Notes under the pieces: model-generated
What the model saw: only the letters and a program-made list of their open reading frames with translations
What the model was told of the DNA's origin: nothing
The model's database searches: none
Made by a program: the position numbers and the translations under genes
Assembly: GCA_041665265.1 (NCBI GenBank)
Contig: JBAYJE010000004.1
Location: 507-64,506, forward strand
DNA from: Minisyncoccota bacterium
Lineage (GTDB): Bacteria; Patescibacteriota; Minisyncoccia; UBA6257; GWB1-50-10
Direction of reading: 5' to 3'
DNA: 64,000 nt
Shown here: positions 57,336-64,000 of the stretch, in pieces
Layout: each line of letters begins with the position of its first letter
Position numbering within the stretch: the stretch's first letter is position 1

Positions 57336-57911
57336 ATGCCAAAAGAAAGAAAAGACTGGTTCGACTTTGCACGAACCCCCGTGGGAGCCGACTATACCGT
57401 TTCGGTTCAAGTAGAACTCTGGGATATTGAACATACACATGTGTGTTTTGTACTCGATCAGGGCGGAACAAAAACGCGTCGCGGTATCACTCACGAGAAA
57501 CCTCGCGGCTGGGGCAATCCCGGTGGTGCCGTTTCTGAAGGAGAAACACCACTTGAAGGAGCAATCCGAGAAGTGGAGCAGGAAACAAATCACATGCGAA
57601 AAACATTTCGCATCAATCCGATTCCTGTGGAGGTAATTCCGATTCATGGTGCAAAGGCAAAAGAAGGAAAAGAAAGATATAAGGTTGTCTTTGTAGGAAG
57701 AATTATTGATCCCCATGAATTATTAATGAGTGGACCAGTAAAAGACCCTGCCGGCGGAAGCGCGGGTGGTGTTATCTCCCGTCTTTGGATTGCATTTCAT
57801 GATCTTCCAGGAATGGAGGAGGTAATGAGTCCAGGATTTCTCTTGCACGGAGAGCCAATATATCGTTCTCATCTTGGAAATATCTATTCTCACCAAGGAG
57901 AGGAGATATAA
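57336..57911 (+). CDS. NUDIX hydrolase
   Basis: GGAVSEGETPLEGAIREVEQETN Nudix box; GGAGG SD. Confidence 0.85.
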   Translation: MPKERKDWFDFARTPVGADYTVSVQVELWDIEHTHVCFVLDQGGTKTRRGITHEKPRGWGNPGGAVSEGETPLEGAIREVEQETNHMRKTFRINPIPVEVIPIHGAKAKEGKERYKVVFVGRIIDPHELLMSGPVKDPAGGSAGGVISRLWIAFHDLPGMEEVMSPGFLLHGEPIYRSHLGNIYSHQGEEI

Positions 57912-57954
57912 AATAATATTCCCCGCATCATGCGGGGAATTTTTATTCTTCTCA

Positions 57955-58440
57955 TTAATCATCCACTGACTCCCCTCTCTCCGTACTTGTTCGAGGTAAA
58001 AGACTAAGTTTCCTAAGCACCACAAGAAGAAACACCATACTCAATGTTGCAACAGCCGCAAATGAAGTGAGACCAATCCCCGCGAGTACTCCGATTGCTG
58101 ATGCAAACCATACCGTTGCTGCAGTGGTAAGACCGCGTACATGCATCCCGTGTTTTACAATGATACCCGCACCTAAAAAACCGACACCCACAACCACATT
58201 TGCAATCACACTTAAAAATCCACTATTGCGTGCAATCACCTCTGAAAGATTTTCAGGAGAAGTGGTAATAAGATAAGGAAGACTAATGCTGATAATGGCA
58301 AAAATGGCTGACCCTGCGGCAACCATAATATTCGTGCGTATCCCCGCTTCTTTCCCTATCCACTCACGTTCGAATCCCACAATAGCTCCGAGAACTACTG
58401 CGACCACAAGTCTTATTATCATCTGCTCAAGAGTTAACAT
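57955..58440 (-). CDS. MgtC/SapB family membrane protein
   Basis: GFERE..GK.AGIRT, GVGFLGAG, GLTTAATVW. Confidence 0.92.
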   Translation of the reverse strand: MLTLEQMIIRLVVAVVLGAIVGFEREWIGKEAGIRTNIMVAAGSAIFAIISISLPYLITTSPENLSEVIARNSGFLSVIANVVVGVGFLGAGIIVKHGMHVRGLTTAATVWFASAIGVLAGIGLTSFAAVATLSMVFLLVVLRKLSLLPRTSTERGESVDD

Positions 58441-58444
58441 ATGA

Positions 58445-58930
58445 CTATTCTTCTTTTTTATTTTTTATTAGCTCGGCCGCCTTCGTAAGATATAAATCTA
58501 CAAAAGGGTCTATTTTTTTTGCTACCTCACTTCCATAATCATGAGTAATAAAATCGAGAAGTTCCTGCTTTAATCCGACACCTCGAGAATGTTCGAATTC
58601 ATCAGGAGTGCGTATTGCCTCTCCATACTCATAAAATGAACGAAGCTCATGACGGAGTGTATTTACCATCGCATCCGTCTGAGTGAAATCCAGATTGTAC
58701 TTCTCTTTCATAAGGGTATAGAGCTGTTCTCGTTGATTTTCATCACTTAATAGCTCATCAAATTTTTCTTCTAAAAACTTTTTCTCTCGTTCAACCTCTT
58801 CAAATAAAATTTCTTTCCCTTCGTCTACCACTTCTTTTTCAACATCGATAATATCGTTTGCATGAACCACGAGCTGCTCCATTGATGCTTCGTCTTGTGC
58901 GGTAGGTTTTTGAAATCGTTCAGAAAACAT
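58445..58930 (-). CDS. Hypothetical acidic protein
   Basis: ORF co-oriented with neighbours; no motif recognised. Confidence 0.65.
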   Translation of the reverse strand: MFSERFQKPTAQDEASMEQLVVHANDIIDVEKEVVDEGKEILFEEVEREKKFLEEKFDELLSDENQREQLYTLMKEKYNLDFTQTDAMVNTLRHELRSFYEYGEAIRTPDEFEHSRGVGLKQELLDFITHDYGSEVAKKIDPFVDLYLTKAAELIKNKKEE

Positions 58931-58962
58931 AGTGTGCATAGTATATCACTGCTCTTTTATTA

Positions 58963-59526
58963 TTAATATACAGGATGCTGTTCACAAACACCGAGAGTAT
59001 GATTACTAAGACGCGCGAGCGCAAAAAGCACGCTCGAAAGACGATTTAAAAATGCGAGAAGTTCAGGAGAACATTTTTTTGAGCGATTAAAAGAAATAAT
59101 TGCTCGCTCTGCATCGCGCGTACTCGCACGCGCGATGTCGAGTCGGGTTGCGAGTTCACATCCACCGGGAATAATGAATTTTGTAATAGATGGAAGTTTC
59201 TTATCGACATCCTTAATAATTTCTTCAAGGCGCTTAATATGTGTGTTATTTACCTTTTTGGTGTTTTTAACACAAAAGCCAATTGAGGCAATCTCAGCCT
59301 GTGCAATAAAAAGCATTTCTTGAAACTCATGAAGTGCGCCAGTAAAAACGTCTCTTTCTTTCTTCTTTCGTAGTTGTGTTGCTTCAACTACACACCACCC
59401 AAGTAAAGAATTTAAAGTATCAAGAGCACCCAACGCATAAAATAATACATTATCTTTTAAAAATTTCTTTTTTCCAAAACCACTCTTCCCCTTATCACCA
59501 TTTCCAGTAAAAAACATCGTCTTCAT
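58963..59526 (-). CDS. ATP:cob(I)alamin adenosyltransferase, PduO type
   Basis: FTGNGDKG, G.LD.LNS, FIIPGG, R.AER, LNRLSS.LF. Confidence 0.9.
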   Translation of the reverse strand: MKTMFFTGNGDKGKSGFGKKKFLKDNVLFYALGALDTLNSLLGWCVVEATQLRKKKERDVFTGALHEFQEMLFIAQAEIASIGFCVKNTKKVNNTHIKRLEEIIKDVDKKLPSITKFIIPGGCELATRLDIARASTRDAERAIISFNRSKKCSPELLAFLNRLSSVLFALARLSNHTLGVCEQHPVY

Positions 59527-59573
59527 AATGTTAGTGTAACAAAAATCCCCGCATTTTTTGCGGGGATTTTTTC

Positions 59574-59855
59574 TTACAATGCGTTCATATCCTGATCAAT
59601 GGTCTGAAATTCTTGTTCAAGATTTCCCATATCAATATTCTGCAATGAATCATTGATGGCCTGTGGCTTATCCTCTGCAGAAACTCCCGCGGGTAGTGTG
59701 GAGGTGGTTGAAGGTTCTCCGACATAAGCAGGAGGGCTCTCTCTTGGTCCTCGCTGTTGCAACCACGCAAGTACAGCAATTGCAAGCACGATAAGTATTG
59801 CAACAATGATAAGCGTATTTTTTTTCGAGTTAGTTGGCATAGTTGAAGTGTCCAT
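59574..59855 (-). CDS. Small membrane-anchored hypothetical protein
   Basis: Single N-terminal TM, acidic tail. Confidence 0.7.
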   Translation of the reverse strand: MDTSTMPTNSKKNTLIIVAILIVLAIAVLAWLQQRGPRESPPAYVGEPSTTSTLPAGVSAEDKPQAINDSLQNIDMGNLEQEFQTIDQDMNAL

Positions 59856-59888
59856 AATGTAATAATAAATAATTAATTAATTCGCCCT

Positions 59889-61010
59889 TTACTGAGTGCT
59901 CGTTCCAGAAGGAACAATTGGAGAACTCGTAGGAGTTACATCCGTTTCGTTAATGCGAGGAATCTGTGCAAGGGTGGTCGCACTCACACGAATTGCATCG
60001 TGTGCCGCACGCACTCCATCTTGAACCGCCTTAAGATCCTTCTTTAAAGCATCACGCATATTTTGAACATCGACTCGTGGTGCGTTTGGGTCCTGAATGG
60101 TCACCGTATATGTTTTTGATGCCTGAGCTATCACTAATGCACGAGCGTCAGTGATTGCTTTTTGTGCGGTCGCAATTGCAGTACGAACTGACTCAATACC
60201 AAGACCATGTACTTCAGCCTTATCAGCTCGAGAAATAATATTTAATACCACGCTGTCCATCTGATCCAAATTTTTTGTGAACTGGTTCGTCATCCTTGTG
60301 TTCGTGTCACTTAAATTTGTATCAACGCGCTTTACTGCCTCTTTTTTGTTTGTGTCTTTAATTGCTTCTATCTGCTTCTTTGCTTCTTCGCGCTTTACCT
60401 CCATCTGCTTCTTTGCTTCTTCGCGCTTTGTTTCGAGTTCCTGTTTAAAACCTTCTCGCTTTATTTCAACGGTTGCTTTAAATTCTTCACGACGTTGTTG
60501 TAATTCCCGTATGGTTCCTGTGGCACTTTCCTTAATACTTGCACGGACAGTTCCCATTTCATTGCGGAAATCTTCCTGAGTCTTCTTTATCTCCGAACGA
60601 AAGGACTCTTGGGCTTTTTTCATCGCCTCCTGATTTCCCTCGCGAAGTTGTTTTACTTCCTGCTGTTTTATCTCACGAACCTGCTTCATCTCTTCCTGTC
60701 TCACTTCACGAGCTTGCTTTGTTTCTTCTTTTTCGTTTTCGCGCACCTGCTTCACTTCTTCTCGTTTATTCTCTTGTAACCGCTTCATCTCTTCATTTCG
60801 CTGCTCTTGTTCTTTGTTTATATTTCCTGGAAAAATATTTTTAATTGCTTCTGTATTCATGCCGCGAATTGGATTTACTCCTTCGCGAGTTCCTCCCAAA
60901 GGAAGTGTTGGAGGGGTCTGCCCCGGAAGAGTTACGGAAGCCTGCGCCATCACAAGACCTGGAACGACGAGAACTGCTGCACACACATATGTAATTATTT
61001 GTTTCTTCAT
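59889..61010 (-). CDS. Secreted coiled-coil protein with 11-residue repeats
   Basis: Signal peptide (VMA); REEVKQVRENE/REEAKKQMEVK-type repeats. Confidence 0.75.
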   Translation of the reverse strand: MKKQIITYVCAAVLVVPGLVMAQASVTLPGQTPPTLPLGGTREGVNPIRGMNTEAIKNIFPGNINKEQEQRNEEMKRLQENKREEVKQVRENEKEETKQAREVRQEEMKQVREIKQQEVKQLREGNQEAMKKAQESFRSEIKKTQEDFRNEMGTVRASIKESATGTIRELQQRREEFKATVEIKREGFKQELETKREEAKKQMEVKREEAKKQIEAIKDTNKKEAVKRVDTNLSDTNTRMTNQFTKNLDQMDSVVLNIISRADKAEVHGLGIESVRTAIATAQKAITDARALVIAQASKTYTVTIQDPNAPRVDVQNMRDALKKDLKAVQDGVRAAHDAIRVSATTLAQIPRINETDVTPTSSPIVPSGTSTQ

Positions 61011-61097
61011 TTTTATTATTTGGTTTTTTGAAGACCTTTTATACTTATAGTATACACCATATGAAAATGTCCTCGCAAAATAAAAATCCCCGTACTT

Positions 61098-61541
61098 TCA
61101 CGGGGATTCATTTTTTTCCAATTTTCCATTGGTAGTTACCTCATATACACCGCCCTCAGAAGGAAATAATTCTCTTTCTCCTTCGGCGCGCATGCGTCGA
61201 ATGGTGAGAGTGAGCTCATTACACTCATCTTCAATCCAGCGACACACCTCTACTGATGGATTCACAGAATAAAAAAACGAGATAAGCTTGGGAAGTTGGC
61301 ATCTTGCATTGCGGAATGCAAAAATAATTTCTGTTTTTCTTGAGAAATCTCGAGAAAGATTTCTTTCAAAAAGCTCGAACATTTTTTCTGCATCTCTACA
61401 ACACTCCTGGGCTTCTCCCATAGCAATCGTCGCATATTCTTTCGCCTTCTTTTTTTCTTCTCGTACGAGTCGAATGTGAAAGAATAATCTTACACACAAA
61501 AGAAGTATTGCGGTAATAAAAAAATAGAGATAGTTAGGCAT
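61098..61541 (-). CDS. Hypothetical protein (orphan), N-terminal TM
   Basis: GGGAGG SD; lies just downstream of tRNA-His. Confidence 0.65.
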   Translation of the reverse strand: MPNYLYFFITAILLLCVRLFFHIRLVREEKKKAKEYATIAMGEAQECCRDAEKMFELFERNLSRDFSRKTEIIFAFRNARCQLPKLISFFYSVNPSVEVCRWIEDECNELTLTIRRMRAEGERELFPSEGGVYEVTTNGKLEKNESP

Positions 61542-61667
61542 ATCGTGCCTCCCTCTTTGTTATAAATATATGCAAATGACTGAATATAGAGTAATACAAA
61601 TAACAATATTAGTCAATTTATATATTACCTTAAAAAATTGCCCAGAAGAGCAATTTCTTTTTTTGTG

Positions 61668-61740
61668 GGTGCCTATCGGGAATTGAACCCGAATCGAGAG
61701 TTCCACAAACTCCAGTGTTAACCTTTACACCATAGGCACC
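61668..61740 (-). tRNA. tRNA-His(GTG)
   Basis: Encoded G-1 pairing with C73, GTGCCTA/TAGGCAC, loop TT-GTG-GA, TCGGG-TTCAATT-CCCGA. Confidence 0.93.
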
Positions 61741-61786
61741 ATGCGCACCATACTAACGGAAAAATATTAAGATGACAACCAAAATT

Positions 61787-62236
61787 CTACTTCCCTTCCT
61801 CTTCAAAAAGCTTCTGTATTTCTGTATCAGAGGTTCGTTTTGAGTCCTTTCGATCCTTACTCTTCATATAGCGCAGTCGTCGCTGATGAATGGCTTCTTG
61901 CATGGCAGGACGAGGCACTTCTGTCGGAATTCTTGGTGCCTTTACTGTAATCGCTTTTGCAATAAGATCGGTCATGTGCTGTGTCGCATTGTCCATATTC
62001 TCCTCCTGAGAACGCTCTTCCTCACACGATGCCTCAAGTTCGTCTTCGCTGTTTATATATTTCTGATATTTTGCGCGCAATCCTTTTTTTTGCTCGTCAG
62101 TAAGTATCAATTTTTCTACGGGTACCCAAATCTGCACTTTTGTAGAACGTCTGCTCGCATTCATACCGCCCGGACCGCTCGCACGCGACGTCTTCATTCG
62201 TACATCATCGTTGTGAAAAAATGGTGAGATATGCAT
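61787..62236 (-). CDS. ArfB/YaeJ-like ribosome rescue factor homolog with GGM in place of GGQ
   Basis: RASGPGGMN..R.STKV, ERSQ..N, RIPT.V, basic C-terminal tail; start uncertain (62236 or 62263). Confidence 0.8.
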   Translation of the reverse strand: MHISPFFHNDDVRMKTSRASGPGGMNASRRSTKVQIWVPVEKLILTDEQKKGLRAKYQKYINSEDELEASCEEERSQEENMDNATQHMTDLIAKAITVKAPRIPTEVPRPAMQEAIHQRRLRYMKSKDRKDSKRTSDTEIQKLFEEEGK

Positions 62237-62279
62237 AAGTGTTGGTATTTTACCTTCCCTCATAGTATAACAAGTAGGC

Positions 62280-62951
62280 ATGGATAATCTACTCGATAGT
62301 TTAGGTCAGCTCGTCATTCACTATCCCTCCTGGGCAAATGTCATTATCGCCGCCATCATTCTCATTCAAGGAGAATTTGCGGTTCTTCTTTCTGTATTTC
62401 TTATCGTAAGTGGCAACTTAACGTGGGGCGCATATCTTTTAACTGCTCCTACTGCACTTCTTGTAGGAGAAACATTTGCCTACTTTGTAGGACGCACACT
62501 TCGCAATACTCGCTTTGGGTGGAAATTATACCGCAATAAGATTAAACCGAATAAAAAATACCAGCCTTATTTTTATTACTTAAAAATGAATCTCACAAAA
62601 CTTCTTGTTGCTTCAAAATTTCTTGTGGGTGCAAACCTTTTTATTCTTCTTCTTGTGGGGTGGTCAAAAACAAAATTCGGCATCTTTATGAAGTCTTATA
62701 TAAAAGGGCTTGCGTTTTGGTTTATTAGTATGACCACGCTCGCCTACTTCCTTATGTCGGGATTAAATTATCTCAAAACTGCAAAACTCTTCAAACAAGC
62801 AGAATATGGACTCGTGCTCGTCTTCATTCTTATCTTTGGGTTCGAATTTCTTCTAAAGAAATCCATACAGAAAGGAATACCATTTAAAACAAAGGGTGAG
62901 GACATGAGCACATTCCTCGAAGACGAGGAAGAGGGTATTACAAAAAAATAA
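62280..62951 (+). CDS. DedA/VTT-like membrane protein
   Basis: QGE, G....YFVGR, SKFLVG hydrophobic pattern. Confidence 0.7.
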   Translation: MDNLLDSLGQLVIHYPSWANVIIAAIILIQGEFAVLLSVFLIVSGNLTWGAYLLTAPTALLVGETFAYFVGRTLRNTRFGWKLYRNKIKPNKKYQPYFYYLKMNLTKLLVASKFLVGANLFILLLVGWSKTKFGIFMKSYIKGLAFWFISMTTLAYFLMSGLNYLKTAKLFKQAEYGLVLVFILIFGFEFLLKKSIQKGIPFKTKGEDMSTFLEDEEEGITKK

Positions 62952-63015
62952 TTTTTTTCAAATTTTGTCGTTTAATTCTCTCCCGCAAAAAATCCAGCGT
63001 TATGCCCGATTTTTC

Positions 63016-63195
63016 TTTGTGCCGCGGGAGGGAATTTCCTTCGCCTCTCGGCTCGCCGTCGCTCGCCTCGGGTTAGGCACCGCCTCGCGTCCTTCGCTAC
63101 TGCTCAGGAACATTGGCCCTCACAAGGGAGACGAAGCGTCTTCCGGCATTCAATTCCCGAACATCTCGCAATAAATTGCGAGATTCCCCTCGGCA
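63016..63195 (-). mobile_element. tRNA-Phe-linked hairpin element
   Basis: 63016-63036 is identical (21 bp) to 63222-63242; inverted T-arm/acceptor copy at 63149-63195; GA/GA mini-hairpins inside. Confidence 0.7.
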
Positions 63196-63198
63196 AAT

Positions 63199-63224
63199 AA
63201 AAATCCCCCTTCGGGGATTTTTTT
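63199..63224 (-). terminator. Terminator after tRNA-Phe
   Basis: AAAAATCCCC-cttc-GGGGATTTTT. Confidence 0.75.
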
Positions 63225-63225
63225 G

Positions 63226-63515
63226 TGCCGCGGGAGGGAATTGAACCCCCGACGCCAGCCTCTTCCAAGGCTGAATTTGGACTATCTCATCATCCTGTTA
63301 TAGGATGTCGGGCGCTGTGTGCGGGGTTATTGTTGGGACTCACCCACTAGTCTCTACGCCTTCTCTGCAACCTAATGCCCTGCAGAGCTTGGTTCGGGAT
63401 TGTTTTCTGTTATATCAAGAAAGTTTTCCCCGAGTTCACCCGATTTTCATCGATTCGTTACCGAATCGCGCCCCAAAGAGTTTAGGGCTGCGCTCTACCA
63501 CTGAGCTACCGCGGC
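63226..63515 (-). tRNA. tRNA-Phe(GAA), split by an intron; exons 63515-63484 and 63265-63226
   Basis: Joined exons give GCCGCGG/CCGCGGC acceptor, CAGCC-CT-GAA-GA-GGCTG arm, GGGGG-TTCAATT-CCCTC T-arm. Confidence 0.92.
63266..63483 (-). ncRNA. Group I intron (218 nt, IA-like) inserted between U33 and G34 of tRNA-Phe
   Basis: U.G splice pair in P1 (GCCCU/GGGGC), P10 CUCUUU/GAAGAG, P3 UCGGGUG/CGCCCGA, P7 GAGACUA/UAGUCC, P8 CAUCCU/AGGAUG, terminal G. Confidence 0.9.
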
Positions 63516-63568
63516 AATGTTCGCTTTTCCAACAATTCAAGTATAATCATTTATATAGCATAGTCAAA

Positions 63569-64000
63569 ATGAAATCAGAACCATTATTAAAAGTTGATAA
63601 TCTCGCAGTGACCATTGGCACCAACCACATTCTAAAAAATGTGTCATTTGAACTTCATAAAGAACAAGTGCTTGCGATTATCGGACCAAACGGCGCAGGG
63701 AAATCAATTCTCCTTAAAACATTACTTGGGCTCTTCCCTCTCTCTCATGGCTCCTTCACATGGGCACCAGGAGTTACTTACGGCTACCTCCCACAACGTT
63801 TTCATATCGACCATTACCTCCCTATGACCGTAGAAGAATTTCTAAGACTAAAACCAAATCCAAAATATTCATTAAGCGCCGTACTCGAGCTTGTTGAAAT
63901 AGAAAGAAGCTGGCTTCATAAAAATTTATCTCAATTTTCTAGTGGCCAACTCCAGAAAATTCTCCTTGCCTGGGCAATTATTGATCAGCCTCAGGTGCTT
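63569..64000 (+). CDS. Metal (Zn/Mn-type) ABC transporter ATP-binding protein, truncated by window end
   Basis: IIGPNGAGKS, GYLPQ...P.TV.EF, FSSGQLQK. Confidence 0.85.
   Translation, partial: MKSEPLLKVDNLAVTIGTNHILKNVSFELHKEQVLAIIGPNGAGKSILLKTLLGLFPLSHGSFTWAPGVTYGYLPQRFHIDHYLPMTVEEFLRLKPNPKYSLSAVLELVEIERSWLHKNLSQFSSGQLQKILLAWAIIDQPQVL

Noticed and set aside
17955-59572. CCCCGCA...TGCGGG(G) hairpins near 17960, 57921 and 59547 as a REP family
   Set aside because: All sit right after stop codons with A/T tracts and are adequately explained as intrinsic terminators.
61541-61667. tRNA-linked element downstream of tRNA-His
   Set aside because: Only a weak terminator, a promoter and a 6-bp GTGCCT match within the SD region; no antisense T-arm or core.
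62965-63174. 69-aa ORF downstream of tRNA-Phe
   Set aside because: It coincides with the noncoding hairpin element.
1-64000. Alternative genetic code (TGA recoding), prophage or autonomous transposon/integrase
   Set aside because: Conserved genes translate full length in the standard code, and no phage structural, transposase or integrase motifs were recognised.

Overview
Bacterial window, standard genetic code, most consistent with a Patescibacteria (CPR, Parcubacteria-like) chromosome. This is an inference from the lepB-hisS-HIT-rpsU-yqeY-ybeY-ftsA-ftsZ order, tRNAs without encoded CCA, mostly leaderless genes and a peptidoglycan-binding S-layer-like protein. Layout: (1) 1-4970 is an AT-rich accessory stretch downstream of tRNA-Asn; (2) divergent tRNA-Asn and tRNA-Lys; (3) core genes nrdJ, ftsZ, ftsA, ybeY, rpsU, hisS-like, lepB, pth, pilus-associated genes, trxB and dsbA-like; (4) a ~26 kb surface-glycan locus ending in an O-antigen-ligase-like gene and a large S-layer-like gene; (5) clpB with a CIRCE site, htrA, cysteine desulfurase, MgtC, PduO, tRNA-His, an ArfB-like gene, DedA, an intron-split tRNA-Phe and a truncated ABC ATPase. 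The main signal is a tRNA-anchored system. tRNA-Asn, -Lys and -Phe are each followed by small elements whose inverted arms copy that tRNA's own T-arm/3' end around GA/GA-mismatch mini-hairpins, and the Asn and Lys cores are 39/42 identical. The accessory genes downstream of tRNA-Asn are separated by homologous ~40-bp sites that begin with the tRNA-Asn 3' end, like a cassette array. No integrase is visible in the window. Other notable items are a 218-nt group I intron in tRNA-Phe that seems to lack its own P9, a structured RNA with terminator upstream of the S-layer-like gene, an ArfB homolog with GGM in place of GGQ, and a degenerate HisRS. All calls were made by eye, with no database searches.
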